Source: Lama glama (taxonomy: Eukaryota). From it: a stretch of 64,000 nucleotides of DNA. Below the pieces are notes generated by a model that was given only the letters and a program-made list of their open reading frames with translations, was not told the origin of the DNA and did no database searches. Both the position numbers and the translations under genes were made by a program. Location of the stretch: contig CM052817.1 of assembly GCA_028534125.1 (NCBI GenBank), positions 85,004,001 to 85,068,000 of the forward strand, written 5' to 3'. How positions within the stretch are numbered: the stretch's first letter is position 1; each line of letters opens with the position of its first letter. Positions 36,708-50,669 of this stretch are shown piece after piece.

Positions 36708-37260
36708 TCATTCATTCATTCTCTCATTCAACCACAACTTTTTTTTTTAGTACTATTTATGTGTTAGATACTTTTCTAGGCTAAAGGGAAACAGTGGTGA
36801 ACTAGCTGAACAAAATACCTCCATCAAGTTTGTGGATGATTTTAGTACACAATTGGTCTGTTAAATTTACCTTAAAATATCGAGAAGTGATAAGACTTGT
36901 GAATAAATAAAGTGTAGTAAAGGGATATTGAGTTATGGAGTGTACCTTGCTAGATGGGGCAAGGAGTGGGTGTCAAGCAGTCTTTGCCCAGGAGCTGACA
37001 TTTCAGTTGAGACTTGGATGAATTCATGAGCTACCCATGAGAGCACTGGGAAAAAAGAGTTTCAGAAAGAGTGAATGACTAGAACAAAGTTGCACTGGTG
37101 GGGACGAGTGTGACTGGCTTAAGGATGAACCTGAGCATCTCCCACAAGTATTTAAGGTCAACATTCCCCATTTGGTAATAATTATAGTGGCTCTGCCTCC
37201 ATGTTCAAACACTAACAGAAAAAGGTGTCAGTGACTGAAGCACAGTAAGTGAGGAAGAGA
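36708..37260 (-). mobile_element. L2 3' fragment
   Basis: cattcattcattctctcattcaac...tatttatgtgttagatacttttctagg...ggagctgacatttcagttgagacttggatg. Confidence 0.7.
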
Positions 37261-38984
37261 ACAGTCTGTGTTCTTGTTTGTCATCCTCACCTTAGGATGA
37301 AAAACCTGAGCTTTTCATTAGTATATTTCTTAGTTTCTTCGTTTCATTAGTATATTTATAATGTTTATTTAGAATATACACTGAGCACTTTAAGAGATGT
37401 GAGATGCAAAGTTTGAATAAAATACAAATATGATATGTAGTCCCACCATTTATGTAATTTGATCAATCAACATATTTGTGAATAGACTGTATTATTGTCC
37501 TGATTGAAAGGAATTTCTTCAGCTTGAATGTATTTTAAATACAGTTAGCCATTATTCACATTGTATTGTACAATATGGAATAGATTGGATTACATTTCTT
37601 GAAGCATCTCTAGAAGTGACATATTTTTATTTGCATTGAAATAAAGGTTCATTCATTATTGGGAAAATTAAATAAAACTTTATGGAAATATCTAAGCCCT
37701 TAAAGAGATACCTTTCTGTTACCTTTAGATCTGTTTTGATTTATTTAAGAGAGGCATGATATTTTACCCATGTGTTGTTTTTTTCACTTTGGAATGTAAT
37801 CATATTTCTATGAACACAGCCATATTTTAGGACTGGCAGCTGTAAATATTTTTTAAAATTCATTTTTGAGAATGACATTTGTTATAGTTAGGAGTAGTTC
37901 CTTCTTATGATTCAGCAACCCCTCTTGCAAATGATACAGTATTTCTTAAGAACTGTACCTTATCAAATGTTGTTAAAATGTAAATAAAATAAAGAAAATG
38001 GAATTTGGATTCGTGGGGTGCCTCTAATAGCTTTTCCTCCTTGACATGGAGCTAATATGAACTGCATCTAACCAGCTGATTTTTATAAAATTGCAGAAAC
38101 TGGCAGTTATTTTCCAGTACTGCCTGCCACTATTCTGTCTCATTTTAATTCCAGAGTCAATGGACAATACCAATACCTATGGTTTACATGTTAAAAAGGA
38201 TTTATGAATTATGGATGAACTGGGACAGTTATTGGTATTTAAAGGCATCATATTTCATGTTGAATATTAATAGGAATGAAAGACCAGAGGAATATAGTCA
38301 CACAAAAATTTTCAAAACAGACTAACTAGCTCCTTTAAGCCATGGGATAAGAGAATAAATGTCAAAATAAATGATAGTTACCTCATTTAGTGACAATTTC
38401 TACAACAGTGAAGACTAGAGATGAGAACTTACCATCAAAAGCTTTTTATTACTATTCAACTTGGGAAAATCTAATCTGGACATGAAATAAAAAGATAGTT
38501 TAAAAAAATTGCTATGCTGGGACAGTGTCTATTGTCTAGGTGTTTTTATAGGATTGCTAAAAGGAAATTACATGACCATATGAAATGTAATAAAGTATAA
38601 TTTAAAATTTTAATTTTAAGGCTTCAAGTCACCCTTAAAAAATAAGAAAATATTTTTATTTAACACTTGTGAGATGACATTGTAAGTTATTACTTTTACT
38701 ATATATGTTAGTTAAATCGGTACACAGTAAAGGTGGCTGGGCCCCTGTCTTTTGGGATTATGGTCTTATTTCCCAAATTTACATAATCTATAAAAGGAAT
38801 TTATTAATTCTCTTAAACTGTAAGGAATTGGATCACGCTCACCAACCCACAAGAGACTAATAAACTGAAATATTAATATCCAGTCTTGGATTACTGTGTA
38901 ATGAGAAATAAAAGAGAAATACCAAGAAGACTAGAATGTGTGCTGACTGAAAAGTACGTTGCACTCCCAGTAGGAATGTCATTT

Positions 38985-40030
38985 ATTATTTATTCATCAA
39001 ATGTGTATTGATGTGTGATTTATACCAGACATTTTGCTAAACACTCGGATGAAAAGTCAAATAGGGTATAGTCCCCACCATCAAGGAGCCTATTGACTAG
39101 AATGATAGCCAAGTAAACACCGAAAGTCTAGTGGTGTGAAGGCAAGGGGATTCCAAATCACATATGGATCTGGAAGAGCTTCTCTGAGAAGGTGAAACAA
39201 GGTGAAACAGAAAGTAGAAGTTTATTAGTAGAAGAAAATAACGAGTTCCTTTGAAACTCTCTAGTTCCTGCACCTGGGGTGGAATGGTACTGAATCAAGG
39301 TGAGAGCTCCAAGCATGAAGGCTTGGAGTGAGGCTGCTCTGCCTACTCTCTCTAACCACAGGCTTGAAGCTTGTCTCTCAGTTGGATCCTGTCCATCATC
39401 ATGGCCACTCAGTTCTAGTTTGCATCGCATCGTTTTTATTCGTTCGTCCCACAAATTCTTTGAGCATCTACTGTGTGCCAGGCAGTATACTAAGCACTGA
39501 ATATTAAGTAGGAAACAAAATAAAATCACTGGCCATCATAGAGCTTAGACTCTAATTTTTAAAAATACCCTCCCTTGACCCGGGTACCTGGTCAGTTACC
39601 ATCCCATTTCTCTATCAAACTTACTTATATTTCTACAACTATTTCTGTTGCCTCATTGCTCACTTTTTTCTCATCTACTCTAAATCTTCCCACTCCATTC
39701 TCAGTACTGCTCTTGATGATGTCATAACAATCCCCATGGGTCAAAGCCAGTGGCCACGTCTCCCTCTCATGTTTTTCAAACACTCAGCAGAATTACACAC
39801 TATTGCCTACACCTTTCTCTTTAATACTCTTTTTTTTTCTTCTCTTTTCTTCTTTTCTTTTCAGCTTCAGAGGCAGCTTTTTTTGGCTTCTCTTTCTTCC
39901 ATCTCACTGATTCCTCCTTCTCCATCTCCTTTGTTCATCTTGCCTTGACAGACCTTCAGATGTTTTGGTGTCTCAGGCTCAGTTCTTTCTCCCACCCAAC
40001 CGCCCTCTTCTTCTCTTTTCTTCCTTTTTC
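38985..40030. mobile_element. Cluster of L2 fragments (minus 38985-39320 and 39430-39560; plus 39560-40030)
   Basis: ttattcatcaaatgtgtattga...ccccaccatcaaggagcctatt; tttgagcatctactgtgtgccaggca; then sense L2 text cactcagcagaattacacactattgcctacacctttctc. Confidence 0.65.
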
Positions 40031-40769
40031 TGTCTCTGAGAAATGTGCAATCCTCACTTTTTTTTAAGTGATTGATTGAGGGATATAGAAAACAATATAA
40101 GAGGGAGGATGTCAGGATTAGAATTACATAAAAGATTATTTAGCCATCTCCTAAATTGTCTTCTTAGTGTATATTTCTGATTTGACAGAGTGAGGATGGT
40201 CGAATGATCTTAATCATGAAAATAGGGATATGATGTCCAAGTGCCTGGGGATGTTCTTACCTATAGTTCTGGGAGCCCTCCTCACAGGAACATGTGGAGA
40301 GTAAGCTGACAAATTATTTCGCTTGAGTCCCTTTCTTCTATACTTTGTTTATTATGCACCTTTATGTTAAAAGGAGACTACAAGTAACAACTTTGTAACT
40401 TCTCTTAGTCTGCCATTATTCTATTCATGATAGATGTCTCTGAGGCATCTTGGTCTCTGCAAGATGGAGATAGAAATGTCATAGTCCCATCACAACCTTT
40501 CAGGTTTTTTTATTGAGGGACATAATGTTAATCTGATTTTAAAGTATTATTTTCTAGTTCCTTTAATAGGTCCTGAGATTATTTGCTGAATGCTCATCAT
40601 TCTATGCATAACTTACCTGAACTTACTGTTCTTATAGCATAATATTCATCTTGAATCATCCACACCAGAATCATTATAGCAGTCCACGGTCTGTGGTAGC
40701 TTTTCTTGAGTTCCAGACAGAAATCTCCTATAAATAGTGCTATCTTTATTATAGGATGGAATAAAAATT

Positions 40770-40945
40770 GTAGCAAGTAATTTCTGAACGTTGATTATGT
40801 TATTCTAAGTGTTTTACTGTGTGAACTCACTTAACCCTCACAAGAACTCTACAGAAATAATAAACAATGTGAGTATGTCACAGAGCTAACAAGGCCCATG
40901 ATCTCTCTCCAGAGCCTGTGTTCTCAATCATCAAGCCACATTATC
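40770..40945 (-). mobile_element. MIR fragment
   Basis: tattctaagtgttttactgtgtgaactcacttaaccctcacaagaactct...tccagagcctgtgttctcaatca. Confidence 0.6.
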
Positions 40946-42584
40946 AAGGCAGATTTATGCCATTAGAGTAGTTCCAAATCTATGCCATTAGGAGTTCCAT
41001 ATTGTTGTGATCTTTTATTAGCATCATTTCTGATGAGGATAAACATGTTTCTGAGGATAACTGACAGGAGGAAACTCTGTATAGGGGCTTATCCCATACT
41101 CCCCTACTGACCCTGAAGTCCTTCACTGCTCATTGCCCAGTCACTTTCAGGGCTGGACCATTTCTGACTGTTAGAATTTGGAACCTTGAAAAGAATACGC
41201 AGTGTTGTATTTAGCTACTCAATAGCAGAACATAAAATATAAGCAGCTTTGGGTGAATCTGATCAATATTTATAGTAAAATTGGACAATTTATCTCCTCC
41301 AAATAAGTGCACATCAATGAGGATTTTATTCATGAAATATTTGGATAATTATTTTAACTCTACTATTTAAAATGTCTTTATGTACAGGGATATAAAAAGA
41401 GGCCTTGAGAGTAGTAACAATTAACTTGAGTCAATTACTTGACTGTTTCCAATCAGGGCAGTATATTGTTAGAACAATAAAGTAACTAATTGCAGCTTTG
41501 TCTACATGACATTACCACAGCTACGATTTGGGAGTCAAATGATATTTTTTTCCCTTGCTTTTGAAAATGGCAAAATGTTCTTCCCAAATAAGACTCTGAA
41601 GTGTCCTTCTCTTGGATCTCTAACCTTTCTGGTTCCACTACAGCATGTCTTTGTCTATTTCCTCTGTCTTATCTTCTCCATTTGGGCTTTTTAATTATAA
41701 TTTCATAAAGTACCTGTTAGAATCAGTCATTGATCTTGCTTCTTTATTTATATGTCTTTCTGTAGGGCTCACATGTTTATTTTGCCAGCAATAATAATGA
41801 GATAATAAAAATAGTGTGCAGGAAACAAGAAAATAATTTTATGTTGTAGCTCAAATTTAAATCTTTGGAGCTATACTTCAAAACTGAGCAATAATATTTG
41901 CTGTTGCTACTGATTTGGGGGGCTTCTAGGGGTATATGTGGAAGGATCAAAGAATGTGGGTAAAGGAAAATAAATAAGAGGAGAGCAAAATGATGTGGTG
42001 AAAGAGGGGTTCTGTTCTAGCTTCTACATAAAGAGAGAACGTTTACAAGATAAGACTTGAGGTAGAATAACTGACATAAAACATCAGCCCCACTGAGAGA
42101 GGACTTTCAAGCTGAAGCTGGTCTGAATACTGTTACAAGGTGAGACAAAAATGAAGCAAGGCAATGGTTTCCTACCAGAAAGAAGGGGAAACTGAGGAAT
42201 GAAGAGAGCAGAGTCCAATACTGCAAACATGCTTTACAGGTGGAGGGGAACGCTACTTCTTAAGTAGGGAGGGGATGCTGGGTGAGTAGGACAGTGAGAG
42301 TTAGTAAAGAAATGATGGTCAAGAGAAGACTTTTTTTGCCTACCTCATCCGACATTAGTTGTTCTGAAATGCTAAATTTTTCTTTGTAGTAAAGTAATAT
42401 ATTGCTTTATGAACAAAGAATGGATTACACATAAAATAACTAAGAAAATACACCTAAACACAGAATATCTATGTTTAGTAGTGAGAGATTCAAGAAATCA
42501 ACAGAATGTAGCCATAAATACAGAACAGCACTCCAGTGGCCAAAGGCGACTGTCAAGGAAACTAGGAGAGGGGAGAGAACAGAG

Positions 42585-42810
42585 CTCACCTTGATGGACC
42601 ACTTACGTGCATTCAGCTTTGTACTGAGTGATTTCATTCATTTTATTTTATCCTGAGAATATCTCTGTGAAGCTTGTTGCTTTATCCCGATTTTGTAGAT
42701 AATGTTAATAACAATTTAAGATCACATTACTTTTAAAAAGATGGAAATGGAATGCTTACTCTAGACTGGCTGATTTCAAAGCTCATATTCTTTCTATTCT
42801 GCTACTCCTT
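42585..42810 (-). mobile_element. MIR SINE
   Basis: ttatcctgagaatatctctgtgaag...tatcccgattttgtagat...ctggctgatttcaaagctcatattctttcta. Confidence 0.65.
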
Positions 42811-44528
42811 GTGGCATTCTTGTCAGAGTCAGAACACCCATGCTGACTCTTAAGAGTAAGTCTGCTCTTTGAGGCTAATGCTTGCCAAACTCTTATATCA
42901 TATGGCATCATAGGTTAAAGAAAATGGATCATTCGCTTCCATTGCACTTATCTATTTTTTATAAAGTATGTATGTGTATGACTCTATAAAAATACAATAT
43001 CCCTTATGAAAATACACAAAACTTTAAAAGTATGACTTACAGCTAAGTGTAATTAAAAGTGCTGATATTTCCAGCTACTGTCCCAAACGGTTGTCTAGTT
43101 CAGCCACCAGAGTAAACAGACCCTACTATGGAGAAAGCTGTTCCATATCACCATTACCCCCTCCTGTAAAGCATTGATTGGCTCATATAAATATGGCAAA
43201 ATCTCAGTATTTTAGCCTCTTCAGCAGGTTATGATAACGATGAATCTATCATGGTGGTCAGCATATTTTCTGGTTTGATAGAAGTCACAGTTAACTAAAG
43301 GACATGGTTTCCTTACTTAGCACCTTATGAGAGGATCTGCCACTTTCATGCACCGCTGACATGGGATTCAATGAAAGGTATAAAGCAGAGGTTACTTGTT
43401 CTTTGTTAATCTCTGATAGAGCTTAACTGCTCATCTTATGACGGCACTGCCCTCCTCCTCAACCCACAAAGATTATTTATTTCAGGTAATGTATTCCCAC
43501 ATATATTAGTTAATTGGTGCCTTCCCTTCTCTCTGCTTTTTTTCTAAGTTGGGAGGGATAGACGGTGAAATCAAGTCCAACAGGCCAAGGGACCACAGAT
43601 GTGACATGCAGAGGCTGCAGCTGTAATTACAGGTCACTGTGTGGAGACTTCTAAGAGGATGTCCTCACTGTGAAGACTTCTGTTTTGTCAATACTTCTAC
43701 ATCAATACTTGGCAGTCAGTTCTGTCGCTTTAGGGTTTCAGCATATAAAACAGACAATGTCACTAATATCAAATTGGAGCTACTTTGCATTTGCAGTTGA
43801 CAAATCCTATTTTAGAAATATGCATGAGCCTGAGGATTAGATCAAGCTTTTAACATTTACATTTTTTTTTCCAGCGGGGAAGTGTCTGATCCTCTCCTTA
43901 ATTTACCTGTTGTTGATTTCCTGAATCTTTTTAAATCCCTTGCAACTGAGGCTGAGAAGCAATTAACCAAATCCCTGACTAGAGTGTACGCAGCATCTGT
44001 TATAAAAGTATAAAAGGTTAACTTAAATCCCAGCACACAAAGGAGATGTCAGACCACAACAAATCAGCATGGAGAATTACCTGGAGGGGATACAAGGTTA
44101 AGGTGGAGCATATGTACAACTAAGAGGATGTTTATGACTAGCGGAATTTGTTTTTCAGACTGCGAAGACTGGAAGGTTAGAAATGACTTGTTTATTATGA
44201 ATCAACATAATTCATATTCTTCAGCTTTTACCTGACAAGAGAAAATTTACTTTATTTTCCCCTATGCAACTCCAAATCCAAACAAAGAGTTGCAGAGGTG
44301 TCAACTTTCATCTCACATAAGTGCTTAGGTGTTTTATTTTTTCAAAGAACAAGAGAGTTTTTTAAAAGATCGTGCCTGAGTTAGATGAATTAGTAAGCAG
44401 ATAAAGAACTAACTTGTTTTTATACGTAGACAAGCCTCCTTCAACCAATTACTGTAGAATGGAATAATAAAATTCATTAAAATATCATCATTACAAAACT
44501 AATAATTATGAATTATCAGTAAAATACG

Positions 44529-44976
44529 ACAGAAGTGTGCCAATTTCTGGGCCAAGGCCTTAAGAGATTAATAGTTTCCACGTCTTATCTTTCAGAATCC
44601 TCAACATAAGAGCCGTAAGCTGTAGTGTAGGTAGGTCCAAGCTATCCTGAAAAGACTTTGTGGGAGAGGAGACTTGAGACTACATAGAGAGAGGAAGAGA
44701 GAGAGAGAGGGAGGGAGGGAGGGAGAGGCTCAGCTGAATTTAGCCTTTCAGCCTTGCCAAGATCTTGAACATGTGAGTGAAGCTGTCTTGGACCCGTTAG
44801 ACTACCCTAGCTATCAACTGGATACTACCAGCTGACCCTTGTTGACTTCATACGGAGCCCAATAATTGCCCACCCTGCGTCAGTAGCTACCCTACAAAAT
44901 TATAAACTATATTGAAAGGTGGTGGTTCTAACCACTTAATCCTCAGGGTATTTTGTTAAAGTAGTGGATAACTGAG
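44529..44976 (+). mobile_element. MLT1 (G/H-like) LTR with internal (GA)n/(GGGA)n
   Basis: gtgtgccaatttctgggccaaggccttaagaga...catgtgagtgaagctgtcttggacc...tttgttaaagtagtggataactga. Confidence 0.75.
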
Positions 44977-45439
44977 CTGGTAGGTATGACTGATTTCATT
45001 ACTTTAAGAATTAACCTTTAAGAATTAGGATATTATCAATTTAAGGTTGGTAAATTTCAAAAAAGCAAATATGATACCTGAAGAAATGGAAATATAAAAC
45101 TTTATGTCAGAATCATACCATTTACAGAGGCAGTCCCTAGCCTGACATAATTACATAGATGAAGCCACAAGGGAAGTGTAACATGATATTTTTGAGTCTT
45201 CACCATATTGATAAGTGAGCCAGATGTGCTTTTTTTAAAGTCACATATTCTAAACCATTGTCCCAAATTTTTGGATTTTGCAAACATATACTGTTACATC
45301 AAATGTGAATTGACAAATTATAAGTTTGTCATAGCTGTCTGCTGAGATTCTGTATCCTTGTAGATTTAAAACCTATCATATATTCAGATGCCTGGATCCC
45401 TGAAAATCTATGTAGTTAGTAGAAGTGAAGAATGGCAGC

Positions 45440-45510
45440 TTCTCCTTCCTTCCTCCTCCTCTTCCTCCTCCATCTCCTCATCTTCCTCCCCCTCCTTCTC
45501 TTTTCCTTTC
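45440..45510. repeat. (CCT)n-rich low-complexity polypyrimidine tract
   Basis: Read directly. Confidence 0.8.
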
Positions 45511-46013
45511 TATACGTCCTGATCTCTAATCTCCTAATTCTACTGAATTAGTTCTATGATGGGTCAATTTACCATCCTTTTGGGGAATATTTCACACAGA
45601 TGTGAGATACTGTTCTTTTTATTATCATTATTTTAAATTGAAATTATTCCTGAAAAGCATTTTATGTGCTTTCAGGCTTTAATGAAGGTTTGATGTGGTA
45701 AAGATTTTACATGAGGTAGGCTGCCCTTCTGGTGCATTTCCATCCCTCTCCATTCCAGAAAACTCAGTTTTTCACTTTGTTTTGCCAAGAAATTGCTCTT
45801 GAATATAAACATAAATGGCAAATGGCCTTTCCCTTAGGATAGTTCACCAGGTTATTAGGAAGATGGATATTGAAAGATAAAATTAAATTAAACAAGTTAA
45901 GAATGAGTATAGCAAGCAAAGATATTATATGAAACTAATTCTAACACATACCCAGGTTCTGAACTGAACTGTTTTAGCATACACAACATGTTTTATATCA
46001 ACAATATTATCTT

Positions 46014-46618
46014 TTTTTTAAAACTGAGTTATAGTCAGTTTACAATGTTGTGTCAATTTCTGGTATACAGCACAATTTTTCAGTCATACATGAATATACC
46101 TATATTCATTTTCATATTTTTTTCACTGTGAGCTACTACAAGATCTTGAATATATTTCCCTGTGCTATACAGCATAAACTTGTTTATCTATTCTATATAT
46201 ACTTGTNNNNNNNNNNNNNNNNNNNNNNNNNNNNNNNNNNNNNNNNNNNNNNNNNNNNNNNNNNNNNNNNNNNNNNNNNNNNNNNNNNNNNNNNNNNNNN
46301 NNNNNNATGTCTGTGAGTCTGTTTCTGTTTTATATTTAAGTTCATTTGTCTTCTTCTTCTTTTTTTTTTTTTTAGATTCCACATTTGAGTGATATCATAT
46401 GGTATTTTTCTTTCTCCTTCTGGCTTATTTCACTTAGAATGACATTCTCCAGGGACATCCATGTGGCTGCAAATGGCATTATGTTGTCATTTCTATGGCT
46501 GAATAGTATTCCATTGTATAAATATATCACAACTTCTTTATCCAGTCATCTGTCAATGGACATTTAGGTTGTTTCCATGTCTTGGCTATTGTAAATAGTG
46601 CTTCTATGAACATTGGGG
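46014..46618 (-). mobile_element. Young 5'-truncated L1 3' end (camelid-type) with TSD; includes a 100-N gap at 46207-46306
   Basis: Poly-T followed by antisense L1 3'UTR and ORF2 end. 16-bp TSD: tcaacaatattatctt (45998-46013) and tcaacaatgttatctt (46619-46634), one mismatch. Confidence 0.9.
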
Positions 46619-46749
46619 TCAACAATGTTATCTTGTTGAGGCCAGGATGCCATTTTTGTATAGAGGAGAAATTTGTGCACAGATGACTAAAACTTTCCTA
46701 TTGGCTTATCTCAGTCTCGTTTTCATCTTTTCCTGTCTGATTAGCAGAA

Positions 46750-46900
46750 GTAGATGGAGTTTTTTGTGAAGTTAGACACTTATAAAATTGGGGGATTCTT
46801 CTTAAGAGAAAGGACAAATAAGTTTTGAATGTGAAATTAGTGTTGAAAATGAGTATCTGTTTAAAGCAAAATAAGTTACAGAAAATTAATGCAGCTTTTG
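46750..46900 (+). mobile_element. Possible ORSL/hAT-Tip100 remnant
   Basis: cttataaaattgggggattcttcttaagagaaagg...aaattagtgttgaaaatgagtat resembles ORSL as I recall it. Confidence 0.35.
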
Positions 46901-47169
46901 AGCTTCTGATCCCTTTGGCAATCTACCATAAATACATCAAAACACTTGCTAATTGCACTTTGTCATTCTTGCCCTCCTAGAATATCTGACAATTCCTGCA
47001 GTTCTCCCCACTCTCAGGGACTGTGCTGAGGATAAGAGTACTAGTTTCATGGTAAAGCTTCCTCTGTTGGTTTCTGAACATTTTCTTAATGTCCACTTAA
47101 TTTCCATATACTTTTTTCTGTCAAAATTTATTTTTCATCTGTCCTACCTTCATTCTTCAAACTTCTATT

Positions 47170-47780
47170 GAGTTTATTAAATGTTTTAAGTACAATAGTC
47201 AATGCTGTAGTCAAAGGTATTTCTGACACACCACCTGTTCTCAGGAAGTTTATAGTCTAAGGAAAACTGCCATGGAAATTAAAAAATTATAGTATAATTT
47301 GTGCTATAGTAGAAATATGCTATGGATATTAGACTGAGAACACAAAGGAAACAATAGACAATTATGTCTAGGCAAACAAAAAGACTTTGTAGAAGTGATG
47401 AAGCGTCTACTGAGCTGTGAAAGATGGGGAAGATCTGGGTAGGCAGAGAAGAGAACAGGTTTTTGAGGCAGAGCCATGCTCAGATGTAGAGGAGTGATTG
47501 AACACACAGAAGCCCAACATAATTGTTGGTAAAAACAGTTACCTAACATGACCAGGATGAAGTATACAAAAGGGGTCTTAGATCTCATAATGGCAAATTG
47601 CGGTGCCACCCTAAGGAGCCTGCACTTATCGCATAAGAAGTACGGAAATGCTAATGCATTATAAACAGAAGCTCCGCATAATTGCAGTCTTGGCAGGGGT
47701 AGGGAGGAGGAGTTTGTGAGATGAGGTTTGAGAAAGGAAGTGGAAGGAACAATTAAAAGACTGTTTTGTAGTTGAAGTTT
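47170..47780 (-). mobile_element. L2 fragment
   Basis: tttattaaatgttt...cctgttctcaggaagtttatagtctaag...tgagctgtgaaagatggggaagat. Confidence 0.6.
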
Positions 47781-49354
47781 TGATTGCAGTCAGTTTTGAT
47801 GCTGCTACTTGACCTATGACAAAGGAACCTTTAAAAGAAAGGAGAATAATTTACTGGGAGATACGGCACTTTGAATGCAATATCAGCTGGTTTTAAAACT
47901 ATTCCTTGATTCTAAGTAGAGCAAAATCACCTTTATTCTATCTTTTGATTAATGCTCAAAAGTGATAGAAAACCACCTGTCAACAAAACCCAGACATGTA
48001 AAAGTTATTTGTTGTAATGTTTTTTCTGAAAGAAAATTATTAAAAATTTGTGAAACTGATCGTACCCCAATGTCCATGAGGCTTAAATGATTGTGAAAAT
48101 ATGGTCAAATTGAAATGCCATGTTGACCCCTAGTTGCCCAATGTACATTGGGTTAATTTTCATTCTTTGCACCAAGGAACCAGGTAGGTTAAAAGGATTG
48201 GATGTCAGTGGGAGAGAAGGAGTTGAGGAAAGACCAAGGGGAGGAAGGATCATGGTGGATGGAAGCTCAAAGGAACTATCCAGGACAATTACACGATAAG
48301 GATTCAATGGCTTAAATAGAAGGTGAAAAAGATGATTGGGGAGAGACATGAGACACCAAAAGAGCAGAGGAACATAATGTTAGAAGAATGCTGGAGAAGG
48401 CAAAATTTCCATCATTTAAAAAGTGGGAGAAGTTCCATTACTTAAAAGGTGGGACAAAAATCAGTAAGCCTTTTCATGCTCAATGATAAAATATGTGGCT
48501 GTGAAGGGTAGGTCGTGCATGGTTTCCCATCACATGCTTTTTAAACATGTATTCTATGCCACTTTGTTATCTCTAGGCCCCTTTAAATGATGCCAAAAGC
48601 TCAAGGAAACACATATTGAAGTTATGTTTAAATCCTCTGAGATTTATTAAACTAATGTCTAAAATTGATCAAGAGAACTCCACTTCCATCCTCATTGATT
48701 TCTGGTTTATCACAAATCACAGCTCCAAACATTTACTTTAAGATTGTACAGATTCTGTATAACCCATCTCTGATGATGAATTTTGCACACATCCTTTTGC
48801 TTGACCTTAGTGCTTTCCTTTGGGAAGGCTTCCAACATTTAATCTTTAATTCCTCCTACATTCTGCTCCAGCCCTACTGGACTGACCATCAGGTAAGGTC
48901 CACAAATATAATGCACAAATAGAGAGGAACTTAGATAGGGTGAGAAGATAGGAGAAAAGCAGAGACATTTTCAGAAAGAAAGAATAAACAAGATGATTCT
49001 TGCACTCAATATAACTTGTACTTGAGTAGAGAATATGTATAAAGAACCAGTAGACAATATAAAAATGGCAAAAACTGAAAATATTCAGTATTTTCTGAAC
49101 TCTGACCTGGTATGTTGATGTTTTGGTAAGAAGGGCAACTTTTGGATCACAGAAACACTGAACATGTTTTCTCAAGTCTGGGAACAAGGAAGAAGGTTGG
49201 GTGGGGAGGGACATGGCTAAGTACTATTCTATCAATATGGTTGCAAGTAGAACACATTCTTTAGTCTGAAGGAGAACGTGTGCTCTGTGTCCATTGTTTC
49301 TGATACAAGATATTAGAGTGTGTTGTGTTATCATGAAAAAAGGAAAAGGTGATT

Positions 49355-49510
49355 TGAAGGTCTGCAGCTTATTCTGTTACTTTGAGTAAACCATTTAACT
49401 GTTCTGAAGCTCAGATTTTTTACTTGAAGAAATGAAAATTTAATAATTATTAGAATAAAATGTGATGAGATCATGTATGTTAATATGTAGGAAGGTTGAA
49501 TAAATGAACA
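49355..49510 (+). mobile_element. MIR fragment
   Basis: ctgttactttgagtaaaccatttaactgttctgaagctcagattttttacttg...aaaatgtgatgagatcatgtatgt. Confidence 0.6.
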
Positions 49511-50389
49511 AGTAGGGCTTATCTTCCTATCAAGTAGTATGTTTACAACTAACTGGTGTATTAGCTATTCACTCCATGTTAAAGCTTTGTCAGTATTAGG
49601 AGAGAAATTTTATGACGTCTCTTTTAGGCCAACTAAACTTATACCTAATCTGACTCCATTTAGGCATAGACATAATGCTAAATTGTATAACTGACTGTAT
49701 AGGGTTGTGGTAGTGAAACTACATTTGACATGCTATATGTATATTGTGTTGTTTATTTTATCCTGTCCTATTTTACATCAACTAAGATGATTGACATCTA
49801 CATTTTTGCATGATATTTTAGATGTCATCCTTTAAAAATTTTTCTATTTGTGCTGGACAATATTTAATATTTATCTTCTCCTTGTCAGAATATTTCCAAT
49901 TAAATTTTAGAAAATTCTTTAATTTACTTATACAATTAAGTATGTAGCCATTATAAAGCAGTTTTTCCTAGATAAAGCATTTGGGTAATTAGCTGCCTCA
50001 AAAAAAGTCAATATAGAATCACATGTTAACAGTGAGTATCTGTGAAAGATAGGATTGTGGACATATTATTACTTTGTGTGTGGTTGTGTGTGTGTGTGAA
50101 TTCTGTTTATTTCAACTATTTTTAAAGAAGATAGTATAATATTAAATACAAAAATGGATTTGAGTAGTTGAATAAAAATAAAATAAGTATCTTAATTATT
50201 CTTATTTAACAGTATTATATGTGGAGAAGGAAAGTGCTAGGGATTGAAATACTCTTTTCTGGTATGCATGGTGTTTGCCTACAAAATGTCTACTATGTTT
50301 GACTCAGCTTTACACAAGAAGAGGAACGAATTTGTTAAGATACTTACTCCAGGATGAAATGGAAAATACGTGTAGTTTACTACCCATAA

Positions 50390-50575
50390 CCTTAGCTAAC
50401 ATTTATTGAGCATTGATCATACCAGGGATTTTACATCTATTATCTTATTTTATTTTCATAAAGTCTCATAGAACAGTGTACTTCAACAGTCCCATTATAC
50501 AACTAAAGCTTAGATATCTACCAAGCTGAACTTGGTAGATTGTCTAGGCATGTGTATCCAGGAGCTAGAGGTCAA
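50390..50575 (-). mobile_element. MIR fragment
   Basis: agctaacatttattgagcatt...tttacatctattatcttattt...cccattataca. Confidence 0.55.
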
Positions 50576-50669
50576 GCAGAGGAGAATTGTACTGATTTGG
50601 CTTCACATATTAATAAATATAAACAAATCTAGCTTCACCTGTCAATCTTCCCCTATACCTGACTTTCAA

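Noticed and set aside
48060..48560. Possible CR1/L3 fragment
   Set aside because: Only one short motif (gaaaaagatgattggggagagacatg) supports it, which is insufficient without an HMM search.
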